A program made the translations under genes and the position numbers. From an uncultured Acidimicrobiia bacterium (GTDB lineage: Bacteria > Actinomycetota > Acidimicrobiia > Spongiisociales > JAOTWH01), in NCBI GenBank assembly GCA_964195995.1, contig CAXMQS010000036.1, forward strand, positions 100,961 through 164,960: a stretch of DNA of 64,000 nt, given 5' to 3'. This document shows, in pieces, positions 9,493 to 20,048 of this stretch. Every line of letters starts with the position of its first letter. Positions within the stretch are counted from its first letter, which is position 1. The notes under the pieces were generated by a model, which was not told the DNA's origin, ran no database searches, and worked only from the letters and a program-made list of their open reading frames with translations.

Positions 9493-11763
9493 GTGTCGCA
9501 GCGAGTGATTGGGGCGGTGGACGGCGCTAGGTATCGTCGGCGCCACTTGAGCAAGACATCCCCCCGCACCGGGCGGAAGCGGGTGTCAGCAAAAAAGAAG
9601 ACTGGTCATTACGGCGAAAAGCTGGCGTCGTGGCGACAGGCAATCACCAGGCGACTTGGTCGCCAATCCGACGACCTATGGGGCTTGACGCTCATCGTCT
9701 TCGGCGTTGTGATCGGACTCGGCTACCTCAGTCTCGCCGGACCCGTCGGTCGGGGGACCGTAGGTGTTCTCGAGGTTCTCTTTGGACTGTGGGGCTACCT
9801 GGTTCCTGTGGCGCTAGTCGGCCTGGGTGTGACTCTGATCGCCAGGCCGCCGCTCCCCGAGCACGGCCGTCTCGCCATCGGCATCGGCCTCGTGTTCTTT
9901 GGAACGCTCGCCATGTTCCACCTGATGACGGGCACTCTCTCGCTCTCCGGCAACATCGAGGTGGTCCGCGATCGAGGTGGCGCGGTTGGCTCCCTGGTGG
10001 CCTTCCCGCTGCGTCGGGTCATCGGATTCTGGGGAGCCTTCGTAGTGCTGACCGCCGTCGTTGGCATCGGCGTTCTCATCATGATGAAGACGACCCTGCG
10101 CGACATAGGCCTCACAATGGGAGCCTTCGGAAGAGCGACAGTTGGGTGGGTCAAGGCTCGTCGGTTCCGGACCCCTCACACTGCGCCAGTCCAAGCCACA
10201 CGGTCTACCCGCCCCCAGGCCGCCAAGCCGAAGCAGCAGCGCCCCAAGACCCAGCCATCGGCCAAGCCGCAGGCGAGTCCGACAGCGGCGCCTCTTCCGG
10301 TGGCGGCGGCCGGCAGTGCCTATCAGCTACCTCCCCTTGAGCTGCTGCACACCTCGGTCGAGGAGAGCGGCTCTAACAAGAGAGCTCTCGAGGAGACCGG
10401 GCGCGAGCTCGAGATAACGCTTCGCCAGCACGGTGTCGATGCCAGGCTCGTGCGGATCGTTCCCGGTCCAACCGTCACCCGGTTCGAGATCGAGCTGGCG
10501 CCGGGAGTCAAGGTGTCGCGCGTAACGGGACTGAGCCACGACATCGCCTACGCCCTGGCGGCGTCCGAAGTGCGGATACTTGCCCCGATACCCGGCAAGA
10601 GCGCCATCGGCGTCGAGGTGCCCAACCGCCATCGCCACCTTGTCACTCTCGGCGACGTACTGCGATCTCCTGAAGCCGAAGCGGCAGCACATCCCCTTGA
10701 GGTCGGCCTCGGCAAGGACATCAACGGCACCGCCAGCCTGTTGAATCTGACGGAGTTGCCGCATGTCCTGATCGCCGGTGCCACTGGGGCCGGTAAGTCA
10801 TCTTGCATCAACGCCCTGGTGACGTCGCTGCTGGTGAGGACAGACCCTGAGGAGGTCAAGCTCATCCTCGTCGACCCGAAGCGAGTCGAGCTCGGCCAGT
10901 ACAACGGCGTTCCTCATCTGTTGACGAAGGTCATCACGAATCCCAAGAAGGCGGCAGAGGCTCTGCAATGGGCGGTCTCCGAGATGGACCGCCGCTACGA
11001 ACTGTTGGCTGAGGCAAGCGTTCGTGACATCGCCGGCTACCGCGAGAAGATGGCGGCGGGCATGCTCGACACCGACGACTTCGATCGCTTCCCGTTCCTC
11101 GTCATAGTCGTTGACGAGCTCAACGATCTGATGATGGTGGCCGGGCGCGCCGTCGAAGACGCCATCGTCCGGATCGCCCAGATGGCCCGCGCCGTCGGCA
11201 TTCACCTCGTCCTGGCGACTCAGCGTCCCTCGGTCGATGTCATCACCGGGGTCATCAAGGCCAACATCCAGTCGCGGCTGGCGTTCTCCGTCGCCTCCCA
11301 GGCAGACAGTCGGGTCATCATCGACACCGGCGGTGCAGAAAAGCTGGTTGGGCTCGGCGACATGCTGGTCGTTACGGCTCGTGACCCCAAGCCGGAACGG
11401 ATCCAGGGCGCCTGGGTATCCGAAGCGGAGATCGCGTCAGTCGTCGAGTGGGTACACGAGCAACAGAAGGCCTCATACGAGGACGAACAGGTCTTTGCCG
11501 CCGCCGAGATGAAGCAGGCCAGCGAAGAGGAGTGGGATGGCGAGGATCCCGAGATCATCCGCCAGGCCCTCGAAATCATCGTTCGATCCCAGCTCGGGTC
11601 GACCTCGATGTTGCAGCGCAAGTTGCGCATCGGCTTTGCCAGGGCGGGTCGCGTCATGGACATCCTCGAGCGCCGCGGGATCGTCGGCCCGTCCGAAGGC
11701 TCCAAGGCCCGCGAAGTGCTCTTGACGACCGAAGAGCTCGAAGAAATGTTCGTCGGCGCCTAA
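9493..11763 (+). CDS. ftsK: DNA translocase FtsK/SpoIIIE
   Basis: N-terminal TM helices and a Pro/Ala/Gln-rich linker. Walker A GATGAGKS, Walker B VIVVDELNDL, and a C-terminal gamma winged helix (LQRKLRIGFARAGRVMDILE). Exact start uncertain. Confidence 0.9.
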   Translation: MSQRVIGAVDGARYRRRHLSKTSPRTGRKRVSAKKKTGHYGEKLASWRQAITRRLGRQSDDLWGLTLIVFGVVIGLGYLSLAGPVGRGTVGVLEVLFGLWGYLVPVALVGLGVTLIARPPLPEHGRLAIGIGLVFFGTLAMFHLMTGTLSLSGNIEVVRDRGGAVGSLVAFPLRRVIGFWGAFVVLTAVVGIGVLIMMKTTLRDIGLTMGAFGRATVGWVKARRFRTPHTAPVQATRSTRPQAAKPKQQRPKTQPSAKPQASPTAAPLPVAAAGSAYQLPPLELLHTSVEESGSNKRALEETGRELEITLRQHGVDARLVRIVPGPTVTRFEIELAPGVKVSRVTGLSHDIAYALAASEVRILAPIPGKSAIGVEVPNRHRHLVTLGDVLRSPEAEAAAHPLEVGLGKDINGTASLLNLTELPHVLIAGATGAGKSSCINALVTSLLVRTDPEEVKLILVDPKRVELGQYNGVPHLLTKVITNPKKAAEALQWAVSEMDRRYELLAEASVRDIAGYREKMAAGMLDTDDFDRFPFLVIVVDELNDLMMVAGRAVEDAIVRIAQMARAVGIHLVLATQRPSVDVITGVIKANIQSRLAFSVASQADSRVIIDTGGAEKLVGLGDMLVVTARDPKPERIQGAWVSEAEIASVVEWVHEQQKASYEDEQVFAAAEMKQASEEEWDGEDPEIIRQALEIIVRSQLGSTSMLQRKLRIGFARAGRVMDILERRGIVGPSEGSKAREVLLTTEELEEMFVGA

Positions 11764-11841
11764 CCCGTGCGAGCCTCCGCCCGACTTCTGTGGTGGCATG
11801 CCGCACGGCTGGCGATGGAGCTAAAGGCACACCGACCGTAA

Positions 11842-12903
11842 GTGGCAGCCGGTAGCCTCGCTGCCATGTCCGAGCCGCTACAGATTCTCGATCCGTTGGG
11901 GAGCCTTGTCGGTGATGCCCCTATGGACCTGGAGGAAACCCGTCGCCTCTACCGGGCCCTCGTTGCCGCGCGGATCTACGACCACAAGGCCTCTGCGTTG
12001 CAGCGTCAGGGCCGGCTGGCTACCTACTCGCCTTTCGAGGGGCAGGAGGCCGCGCAGATCGGGAGTGCCGCGGCGCTGCGGCCGGACGACTGGCTGGTCG
12101 GCACTTATCGGGACGCCGCGGCGATGCAGTTCCAGGGCTACCCGTGGGTGAACCTCTTCCTCGGCCGCACCGGCCATGAGAGTGGGGGAGCGACGCCGGA
12201 CGGAGTCAACGTGCTGCCACCGTCGATAACGGTCGGCGCCCAGATGATCCACGCGGTCGGCCTGGCGTGGGCGGAGCGAATCAAGGGCAGCGATCGCATC
12301 GCCTTGACGTACTTCGGCGACGGCGCCACTTCCGAGGGCGACTTCCACGAGGCGATGAACTTCGCCGGCGTCTATGCAACGGCGACCGTGTTCCTCTGCC
12401 AGAACAACGGCTTTGCCATCTCGTTGAGTCGGGAGAAGCAGACCGCAGCAGAAACCATCGCCTCCAAGGGAGTCGGTTACGGTGTTCCGGGACTGCAGGT
12501 GGACGGCAACGACCTGTTCGCCGTCTACCAGGCGACCAGCGACGCGGTGGCGAGAGCGCGTCGTGGCGAGGGGCCGACCCTGATCGAGGCGCTCACCTAT
12601 CGGATCGGCCCCCACACCACCAGCGATGATCCCGGCCGCTATCGCGATGAAGCGCAGGTGGCGAAGTGGCAGGAGCGCGACCCGTTGCAGCGAGTGCGGC
12701 TCTATCTGGAGAACAACGACGCCTGGGATGTCGAGTGGCAAACGCTGATCGAGGAAGAAGAGGGCGCTGTGATCGAGCAGGCGGTTGCCGAGGCCGAGGC
12801 TGCAGATCCTCTGTCTCCCGGTGAGATGTTCGGCGCCATGTTCGCCGAGCCGACGGCACCCCTGCTCAGCCAACAGGCAATGCTGGAGAGGGACGGGCCG
12901 TGA
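11842..12903 (+). CDS. 2-oxoacid (pyruvate/branched-chain) dehydrogenase E1 component, alpha subunit
   Basis: TPP-binding GDGATSEGDFHEAMNFA and the overall E1-alpha pattern. Alternative start ATG 11866. Confidence 0.85.
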   Translation: MAAGSLAAMSEPLQILDPLGSLVGDAPMDLEETRRLYRALVAARIYDHKASALQRQGRLATYSPFEGQEAAQIGSAAALRPDDWLVGTYRDAAAMQFQGYPWVNLFLGRTGHESGGATPDGVNVLPPSITVGAQMIHAVGLAWAERIKGSDRIALTYFGDGATSEGDFHEAMNFAGVYATATVFLCQNNGFAISLSREKQTAAETIASKGVGYGVPGLQVDGNDLFAVYQATSDAVARARRGEGPTLIEALTYRIGPHTTSDDPGRYRDEAQVAKWQERDPLQRVRLYLENNDAWDVEWQTLIEEEEGAVIEQAVAEAEAADPLSPGEMFGAMFAEPTAPLLSQQAMLERDGP

Positions 12904-13877
12904 GCGAGCTCAACCTGGCGATGGCCATCAATGCAGCTCTGGCGGAAGCCCTCGGCGCCGACGACAGCGTTGTTCTGCTTGGCGAGGACATCGGGACAAC
13001 CGGTGGAGTGTTCCGTGTCACAGACGGCCTTGCTGCCAAGTATGGGGCTGACCGAGTCGTCGACACCCCGGTAGCCGAGTCCGGGATCGTCGGCGCCGCG
13101 TTTGGGATGGCGGTCGCCGGGCTGCGACCGATAGTCGAGATCCAGTTCATGGGGTTCTCCTACCCGGCGTTCGACCAACTCATCAGTCACGTGTCGCGTA
13201 TCAGGAACCGATCACAGCACCGATTCACGGCGTCGTTGGTGGTTCGCATCCCGTATGGGGGTGGCATCGGCGCTGCCGAGCACCACTCCGAATCCACCGA
13301 AGCGATCTACGCCCACACTCCCGGCCTCAAGCTGGTCGTCCCGTCGCGGCCGAGCGATGCCAAAGGGTTGTTGGCAGCGGCTATCGCCGATCCCGATCCC
13401 GTGGTGTTCCTCGAACCCATTCGCCTCTATCGATCGATCAAGGAGGAGGTGCCGTCTGAGCCCTACGAGGTGCCCATCGGTTCGGCAGCTGTGGAGCGGC
13501 CCGGCACCGACCTGACCCTCATATCTTGGGGAGCCATGATGCGCGAGGTGCGAGAGGCTGCAGATCAACTCGAGGTCGATGGCCTTGCACCGGAGGTCAT
13601 CGACCTTCGCTCCCTGGTTCCCCTTGACGCTGAGACCATTGTCGAGTCGGTTGCCAAGACCGGCCGAGCCGTAGTCGTGCAGGAGGCACCGCGCACCGGC
13701 GGCTTTGCCTCCGAGGTGGCAGCGCTTATTGGGGAACGAGCCCTGTACTCCTTGGCCGCGCCCGTCGAGCGTGTCACCGGTTGGGACACCGTCGTGCCTC
13801 TTCGTCGCACGGAACACAACTACATCCCCTCGGTCGAGCGCGTGCTGACGGCGGCGCGCCGGGTGCTGAGCGCCTGA
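12900..13877 (+). CDS. 2-oxoacid dehydrogenase E1 component, beta subunit
   Basis: Transketolase-like pyrimidine-binding and C-terminal domains (GEDIGTTGGVFRVT, DTPVAESGIVG). GTG start overlaps the alpha stop (GTGA). Confidence 0.9.
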   Translation: MSELNLAMAINAALAEALGADDSVVLLGEDIGTTGGVFRVTDGLAAKYGADRVVDTPVAESGIVGAAFGMAVAGLRPIVEIQFMGFSYPAFDQLISHVSRIRNRSQHRFTASLVVRIPYGGGIGAAEHHSESTEAIYAHTPGLKLVVPSRPSDAKGLLAAAIADPDPVVFLEPIRLYRSIKEEVPSEPYEVPIGSAAVERPGTDLTLISWGAMMREVREAADQLEVDGLAPEVIDLRSLVPLDAETIVESVAKTGRAVVVQEAPRTGGFASEVAALIGERALYSLAAPVERVTGWDTVVPLRRTEHNYIPSVERVLTAARRVLSA

Positions 13878-14965
13878 TGGCCACCGAGTTTCTGCTACCC
13901 GACATCGGCGAGGGCCTCACCGAGGCAACGGTCGTCGAGTGGTTGGCCATCGTCGGCGAGGAACTCACGCTCGACGGGCCCATGGTCGAGATGGAGACGG
14001 ACAAGGCCGTCACCGAGATCCCGGCTCCGGTCGCCGGCGTTTTGTTGCATCAGGGAGCCGCCGAGGGCGAGACGCTCGAGGTAGGGCAGGTGTTGGCCGT
14101 CATCGGCTCGGTCGGTGAGTCGTGGGAGCCGTCGGCGCCCGCCGCTCCGGAGGCCGCCGCTCCCATCGTCGGGACCCTGCAAGAGGCTTCGTCCACCGCC
14201 GGGCAGGCCCTGCCGGCGGTTCGCAAGCTGGCAGCGGAGCTGGGAGTCGACCTGGCAGCGGTGACTGGGTCCGGCCCCGGTGGTCGGATCACGGCAGCGG
14301 ACGTCGAGTCGGCGACGGGGGGGAGTGCCGAGCGCATCGCCCTCTCGACAACACGGCGCGCCATCGCCGACAACCTCACCAGGTCGTGGCGAGAGATACC
14401 CCATGTGACCACCTACGGAGAGGCGGACGCAGCGTCGCTGTTGGCCGCCCGCAAGGAATCTGGCCAGCCTCTCGAGGCCCATCTGATCGCCGCCGTCACC
14501 CCGTTGCTGGCCGAGTTCGGCGACTTCAACTCATCCTTCGTCGGCGACGCGATCCTCCGTCGAACCAACTACGACGTCGGTTTCGCCGTCGACACGCCAG
14601 AGGGCCTGATGGTCGCCGTTATTAAGGGCGCTGACTCCATGACGATCGCGGAGCTCGGGCAGGAGGTGTCGCGGCTTGCCACCGCTGCCAAGGAGCGTTC
14701 GGCAACGGTCGACGAGCTTCGAGGCCAGACCTTCACCATCTCGAACATCGGTGCCGTCGGCGGTCGCTACGGGACGCCCATAGTCCCCTACGGGACGACG
14801 GCCATCCTCTCGGTTGGTCGCGCCGACCCCACGGCAGGCGTCGTCGACGGCCGGCTGGCCGTGGTGCAGCCCTTCCCGCTCTCGTTGTCCTACGACCACC
14901 GCGTCATCGACGGTGCCAAGGGAAGGGCTTTCCTCGCCGCGGTCATCGCTGCCATAGAGGCGTGA
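13877..14965 (+). CDS. dihydrolipoamide acyltransferase E2 component
   Basis: Lipoyl domain with EMETDKAV, E3/E1-binding domain ALPAVRKLAAELGVDL, and catalytic DHRVIDG. ATG 13877 overlaps the beta stop (TGATG). Confidence 0.9.
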   Translation: MATEFLLPDIGEGLTEATVVEWLAIVGEELTLDGPMVEMETDKAVTEIPAPVAGVLLHQGAAEGETLEVGQVLAVIGSVGESWEPSAPAAPEAAAPIVGTLQEASSTAGQALPAVRKLAAELGVDLAAVTGSGPGGRITAADVESATGGSAERIALSTTRRAIADNLTRSWREIPHVTTYGEADAASLLAARKESGQPLEAHLIAAVTPLLAEFGDFNSSFVGDAILRRTNYDVGFAVDTPEGLMVAVIKGADSMTIAELGQEVSRLATAAKERSATVDELRGQTFTISNIGAVGGRYGTPIVPYGTTAILSVGRADPTAGVVDGRLAVVQPFPLSLSYDHRVIDGAKGRAFLAAVIAAIEA

Positions 14966-15033
14966 GCGACTACCGCGTTCATCTGTGAGTGACCCCGAGG
15001 ACGGGCAGCGCATACCCGTACACTTCGTCGCTG

Positions 15034-16338
15034 ATGAACCCCACCGTCCACCTAACGACGCTCGGCTGCGCCAAGAACCAGGTCGACTCCGACAAGCTCA
15101 CGGCCATGCTTGCCGAGGCCGGCTACGACATGTCGGCTGATGCAGAGACAGCCGATGTCGTCATGGTGAACACATGCGCCTTCATCGAGGCTGCTCGCCA
15201 GGAATCGATCGACACCATCCTGGCTGCCTCCGACACCAAGAGAGACAACGCCAAGCTCGTCGTCCTCGGCTGCATGGCCCAGCGCTACGAGACCGAGCTG
15301 GCGGCCGCGCTGCCCGAGGCAGACGCCGTTGTCGGGCTGGAGCGTTACGGCGAGCTCGTAGAGCGCCTCGACGACATGACGGACTGGCAGCCCATCCGCC
15401 TCGCCTCGTCGAAGATGGACATCCTCTACGAGACCAAGCGTCCTGCTCCAACAACCCCATACGCCTACGTCAAGGTGGCCGAGGGCTGCGACAAGCCGTG
15501 CACCTTCTGCGCCATCCCACTGTTCCGTGGCAAGCAGCGATCGCGGGCGCCGGTCAACATCCGCGATGAGATCGCCGACCTGGCGCAAGGCGGCGTTGGC
15601 GAGGTCGTGCTCGTTGCCCAAGACCTTGCTGCATACGGTCGCGACATCGACGCCCCGGGCGGCATCGTCGATCTGCTGCGCTTCGTCTCCGACGTCGACG
15701 GCCTGCAGCGGCTGCGGCTTCTCTACCTCTATCCCAAGGAGATCCGGCCGGGCCTCATCGAGGAAATGACGACCAACCCCATCGTGGTCCCGTACTTCGA
15801 TCTCAGCCTGCAGCACGTTGCGCCGGAGCTGCTCAGGGCCATGAAACGCCCCGGAGACGGCGATCGTCATCGCCAGCTCATCGGTGACATCCGGGCGGCG
15901 TCGCCAGAAGCCGGACTCAGGTCCAGCTTCATCGTTGGTTTCCCCGGCGAGACCGACGCCGATGTCGAGGCCCTCGCCGACTTCCTCGTCGATGTGCAGC
16001 TGGATTGGGCCGGATTCTTCCCGTACTCGGCCGAGGAAGGGACTCCTGCCGCCGAGCTGCCGGGCCAGCTGCCTGCGGACACCATCGCGGAACGAGCCCG
16101 CCACCTCTCGGCCATCCAGGACGACATCACCGCCAGCCGTAACGCAGCTCAGGTCGGAAAGCGCCTGGAGGTTCTCATCGACCAGGTTGAGGATGATGTT
16201 CCCGTCGGCCGCAGTTATCGCGAGGCTCCCGAGATCGACGGAGTAATCGTGCTCGATGGTGGGTCACCGGGGGAGTGGGTCGACGTCGAGATCACTGCTT
16301 CGTACGCGGTTGACCTGGCGGGCAGCGTTCTGCGGTGA
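15034..16338 (+). CDS. rimO: ribosomal protein S12 methylthiotransferase RimO
   Basis: MTTase N-terminal domain (TLGCAKNQVDSD), radical-SAM cluster CDKPCTFCAIP and a C-terminal TRAM-like region. Start moved to ATG 15034. Confidence 0.8.
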   Translation: MNPTVHLTTLGCAKNQVDSDKLTAMLAEAGYDMSADAETADVVMVNTCAFIEAARQESIDTILAASDTKRDNAKLVVLGCMAQRYETELAAALPEADAVVGLERYGELVERLDDMTDWQPIRLASSKMDILYETKRPAPTTPYAYVKVAEGCDKPCTFCAIPLFRGKQRSRAPVNIRDEIADLAQGGVGEVVLVAQDLAAYGRDIDAPGGIVDLLRFVSDVDGLQRLRLLYLYPKEIRPGLIEEMTTNPIVVPYFDLSLQHVAPELLRAMKRPGDGDRHRQLIGDIRAASPEAGLRSSFIVGFPGETDADVEALADFLVDVQLDWAGFFPYSAEEGTPAAELPGQLPADTIAERARHLSAIQDDITASRNAAQVGKRLEVLIDQVEDDVPVGRSYREAPEIDGVIVLDGGSPGEWVDVEITASYAVDLAGSVLR

Positions 16339-17573
16339 TCGTCGAGGTCATCGCCATCGGCACCGAGCTACTGCTCGGCCAGATCATCAACTCAAACGCC
16401 GCCGCCATCGGTGCCAGGCTGGCCGAGGTCGGGCTCACCCATTACCGCCAGACGGTCGTTGGCGACAACCTCGATCGGGTGGCCGCTGCGATCGTTGATG
16501 CCATGGACCGAGCCGACGCCGTGATCATCACCGGCGGCCTCGGGCCGACTCAAGACGACCTCACCCGCGAGGCCATCTGCGCGGCCACCGGCCTTTCCAT
16601 GGAGTTCGACGAGGGGCACGCCAAGGCTCTCGCCGAGATGTTCGCGGCACGAGGACGCGAGATGCCCGAGTCGAACCTGCGCCAGGCGCAGTACCCCCAT
16701 GGCGCCGAGCTGATCCCCAACCACAAAGGGACCGCACCGGGACTGGCCCTGCGCCACGCCGACACCCTCATCTTCGCGTTGCCGGGAGTGCCTGTGGAGC
16801 TCTATCCCATGCTCGACGACACCGTCATGCCGCAGCTGCGTGGCGACGGGGTGGTCCATAGCCGTCTCCTCCGCACGTATGGGGAGTCGGAGTCGAAGCT
16901 GGCAGACCTGCTCGGCGACCTCTACGACGAACACCGCAACCCGACGCTGGCGTTCCTGGCGTCGGGAGGAGAGATCAAACTGCGGCTGACGGCCTCCGCA
17001 GCCAGCGAGGCCGAGGCGTCCGCCCTCATCCAGCCTGTCGAGGACGAGATCCGAAGGCGCCTCGGTGACCTGGTGTTCGGAGCAGACGACGACACGGTGG
17101 AGCGGCTGCTATTCGACATGCTCTCGGAGCATGGCTGGACCATGGGTACCGCCGAGTCGGCAACGGGCGGCCGTGTGGCGGCGGCGATCACCGCAGTGTC
17201 CGGCGCCTCGGCCGTCTTCAGGGGCTCGATCGTCGCCTACGCCACAGATCTCAAGGCGTCGTTGCTGGACGTTCCTGCGGAGGACCTGAAGCCCGACACC
17301 ATTGTCAGCATCGAGACCGCCGCTGCGATGGCGGAGGGGGCCGCCGCCACCCTCGGCGTCGACGTTGCCATCGCCGTTACCGGGTCGGCGGGTCCCGAGC
17401 CCCGGGGCCAACCGGTCGGCACCATGGCGATCGCCGTTCGTACACCCGAGCGAACTCTCACGCGGATCCTGAAGATGCCGGGAGACCGCGAGCGCATCCT
17501 CACCTACACGACCACGGCCGCTCTTCACCTGGCGCGCGCCGTCCTTGCCGGAGACCAGACCTCGCAGCCATGA
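16335..17573 (+). CDS. cinA: competence/damage-inducible protein CinA (MoCF-binding plus nicotinamide-nucleotide amidohydrolase domains)
   Basis: VIAIGTELLLGQIINSN and ITGGLGPTQDDLT in the N-terminal domain. C-terminal PncC-like TAESATGG. GTG overlaps the rimO stop. Confidence 0.85.
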   Translation: MIVEVIAIGTELLLGQIINSNAAAIGARLAEVGLTHYRQTVVGDNLDRVAAAIVDAMDRADAVIITGGLGPTQDDLTREAICAATGLSMEFDEGHAKALAEMFAARGREMPESNLRQAQYPHGAELIPNHKGTAPGLALRHADTLIFALPGVPVELYPMLDDTVMPQLRGDGVVHSRLLRTYGESESKLADLLGDLYDEHRNPTLAFLASGGEIKLRLTASAASEAEASALIQPVEDEIRRRLGDLVFGADDDTVERLLFDMLSEHGWTMGTAESATGGRVAAAITAVSGASAVFRGSIVAYATDLKASLLDVPAEDLKPDTIVSIETAAAMAEGAAATLGVDVAIAVTGSAGPEPRGQPVGTMAIAVRTPERTLTRILKMPGDRERILTYTTTAALHLARAVLAGDQTSQP

Positions 17574-18121
17574 GCCCCGACGACCCCATGGGCCGCCTCT
17601 TCCTTGGCGTCGCCCTCACCGATGATGCCCGCGCGGCCATCGCAGCCCACCTGGGACCGATGTCGCCACTACCGGGACGGCCGGCCCCTCCGCACAACTG
17701 GCACATCACTCTGCGATTCCTCGGTCTGACGACCACGCTGCAGTACGAGCGCGTCCTCTCTGGGCTCGACGACCTTCCGCCGACCATGTCTCTCGATCTC
17801 AGCGTCTTCGGCACCTTCCCCAATCCGCAGCGAGCCAACGTGCTGTGGTTTGGCCTCGGGGTGCCCTCTCCCGAGTTAGAGGAGATGGCAGCCATGGCGG
17901 AAGAGTCGGCGGTGGCGGCGGGATTCTCTCCCGAGGAGCGGCCGTTCCATCCACATGTAACGCTGAGCCGTCTGCGGCCGCCCCACGATCTAAGAGCCCT
18001 GATCGATTCCATTCCATACCTGCGCCTGCGGATGGAGGTGGATGCGATGACGGTCTTTCGTTCACGTAGCGAGCCGGGCGGGATGCGGTATGAGGCCATC
18101 GAGACCGTGACGCTCGGGTAG
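17570..18121 (+). CDS. thpR: RNA 2',3'-cyclic phosphodiesterase (2H family, ThpR/LigT)
   Basis: Two HxT/S motifs (HITLRFLG and HVTLSRL) at the typical spacing. ATGA overlap with cinA. Confidence 0.8.
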   Translation: MSPDDPMGRLFLGVALTDDARAAIAAHLGPMSPLPGRPAPPHNWHITLRFLGLTTTLQYERVLSGLDDLPPTMSLDLSVFGTFPNPQRANVLWFGLGVPSPELEEMAAMAEESAVAAGFSPEERPFHPHVTLSRLRPPHDLRALIDSIPYLRLRMEVDAMTVFRSRSEPGGMRYEAIETVTLG

Positions 18122-18130
18122 CCTCGCTGC

Positions 18131-18517
18131 ATGCAACACACACCCGCTGAGAACATCCCGTGGGCACCCGCCCCCTCCGAGCACTTCACCGGCGAGGTCT
18201 GGTTCGGCCCGCTGTCCCACGCTTCGCCTGAAGGACTGAACGCACTCGCCGTCCACTTCTCCCCGGGGGCTCGCACCGATTGGCACACCCACGCCGAGGG
18301 TCAGGTCCTGTACTGCGTCTCGGGCGCCGGCCTGGTAAGGCGCGACGACGGCGAGACGGCCGAGATGTCGCCTGGTGACGTCGTGTACTCGGATCCGGGG
18401 GAGCGCCACTGGCATGGCGCCACCGCCATCTCCCACATGGTGCACCTGTCGTTGACGACCGGTGCCCCGACGGAGTGGTTCCCCGAGAAGGTGACCGACG
18501 AGCAGTACGGCGGCTGA
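18131..18517 (+). CDS. cupin domain protein
   Basis: 128 aa with cupin-like G-x5-HTH-x-EGQ (DWHTHAEGQVLY) and GERHWHGA segments. Confidence 0.6.
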   Translation: MQHTPAENIPWAPAPSEHFTGEVWFGPLSHASPEGLNALAVHFSPGARTDWHTHAEGQVLYCVSGAGLVRRDDGETAEMSPGDVVYSDPGERHWHGATAISHMVHLSLTTGAPTEWFPEKVTDEQYGG

Positions 18518-18585
18518 GCAGGGCCTGCGCCGCGTGGCGTTGTGAGGCCGCTGGGGCCCGCTCTCGGCTACGGAATCCTTGCAAT

Positions 18586-18599
18586 CGAACACCTGTTCG
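18586..18599. promoter_or_regulatory. LexA (SOS, Cheo-type) box upstream of recA
   Basis: Perfect palindrome CGAACACCTGTTCG (GAAC-N4-GTTC), about 110 nt upstream of the recA start. Confidence 0.8.
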
Positions 18600-18711
18600 G
18601 GTACCTTCTTGGCAGTGCCGTGGTAGGATTACACCCTCGTAAGTTCATGGATGTAGTTTTGTCACAACCGACCTCTACGGTGCTGGGACAGGCAGACAGG
18701 AAGGAATCCCC

Positions 18712-19848
18712 GTGGCTAAAGCCGGCAAAGCGACCGACAAGGTGACCGACAAGGTGACCGACAAGGGCGACGACAAGAGCCTCGACATGGCCTTGACGCA
18801 GATCGAGCGCCAGTTCGGTAAGGGTGCCATCATGAGGCTCGGCGAGGGAGCGGTGCGCGACGTCGCTGCCATCCCGACGGGCGCCCTCTCGTTAGATCTA
18901 GCACTCGGCATCGGGGGAGTGCCCCGTGGCCGCATCGTTGAGATCTATGGTCCGGAGTCCTCGGGCAAGACAACGCTGGCGCTTCATGTCGTTGCCGAGG
19001 CACAGCGCAACGGGGGCAAGGCTGCGTTCATCGACGCCGAACACGCCCTCGATCCGGTTTACTCCAAGGCTCTTGGGGTCGATGTCGATGAGCTCCTCAT
19101 CTCCCAGCCCGACACGGGCGAGCAGGCACTCGAGATCGTCGACATGCTCATCCGTTCCGGTGCCCTAGATGTCATCGTGATCGACTCGGTGGCGGCACTC
19201 GTCCCCCGTGCCGAGATCGAAGGGGAGATGGGTCAGTCCCATGTCGGGCTCCAGGCCCGCCTGATGTCGCAGGCGCTGCGCAAGTTGGCCGGCACCATCA
19301 ATCGTTCAGACACCACTGCCATCTTCATCAACCAGTTGCGAGAGAAGATCGGTGTGATGTTCGGCAGCCCCGAGACCACACCCGGCGGCCGTGCCCTGAA
19401 GTTCTACGCCAGCACCCGCATCGACATTCGACGCATCGAGTCCATCAAGGAGGGCGACGTCATCGTCGGTAACCGGGTGAAGGCCAAGATCGCCAAGAAC
19501 AAGGTGGCGCCACCGTTCCGCATCGCCGAGTTCGACATCATGTTCGGAGAAGGTATTTCCCGTGAAGGCAGCTTGCTCGATGTTGCCGTCGAGCAGGGCA
19601 TCGTCCTCAAGTCCGGTGCCTGGTACACCTACGACGGCGACCAGCTCGGGCAAGGCCGGGAGAAGTCGAAGCGCTTCTTGAGGGAGAACCCCGAGATCGC
19701 CGTACAGCTCCAGGCCAAGGTCCTGGAAGCTGTTGGCCTTCTCGACACCCCCGCTGACGAAAAGCCCGATGGTGAAGCCCTCGATGTTGATGAGGTGGTG
19801 CCGGCCGAGGTCGCGGTCGTCGATGAGAACGTCGAGGAAGACGCCTAG
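18712..19848 (+). CDS. recA: recombinase RecA
   Basis: [19 protein letters not shown], Walker [10 protein letters not shown] and the full-length RecA pattern. GTG start with GGAAGGA RBS. The N-terminal extension contains an in-frame 12-nt tandem repeat (KVTDKVTDK). Confidence 0.95.
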   Translation: MAKAGKATDKVTDKVTDKGDDKSLDMALTQIERQFGKGAIMRLGEGAVRDVAAIPTGALSLDLALGIGGVPRGRIVEIYGPESSGKTTLALHVVAEAQRNGGKAAFIDAEHALDPVYSKALGVDVDELLISQPDTGEQALEIVDMLIRSGALDVIVIDSVAALVPRAEIEGEMGQSHVGLQARLMSQALRKLAGTINRSDTTAIFINQLREKIGVMFGSPETTPGGRALKFYASTRIDIRRIESIKEGDVIVGNRVKAKIAKNKVAPPFRIAEFDIMFGEGISREGSLLDVAVEQGIVLKSGAWYTYDGDQLGQGREKSKRFLRENPEIAVQLQAKVLEAVGLLDTPADEKPDGEALDVDEVVPAEVAVVDENVEEDA

Positions 19849-19966
19849 ACCCAGGCCGAGCAGCCTCGGGAAACTGCCCGATGGTGTAACATCGTCGTAA
19901 CACACACTTGTGAAACCAAAAACTTTGAAACCACAACCAACAAGAGCAGCTGAAGGCGAGGCCTTC

Positions 19967-19992
19967 CACCGGTAGATAGCACCGGTGTTTTT
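19967..19992 (+). terminator. rho-independent terminator downstream of recA
   Basis: Hairpin CACCGGT-agatagc-ACCGGTG followed by TTTTT. Confidence 0.65.
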
Positions 19993-20048
19993 CGTGTGTG
20001 TGCCGAGCAGAGAGCTCGGCACGCTCGCGTTGGCAGATTGGGGTCTGC

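Noticed and set aside
19849-20048. A recX gene or remnant downstream of recA.
   Set aside because: There is no ORF of suitable size or composition. The spacer holds a terminator hairpin with a T tract and a second hairpin.
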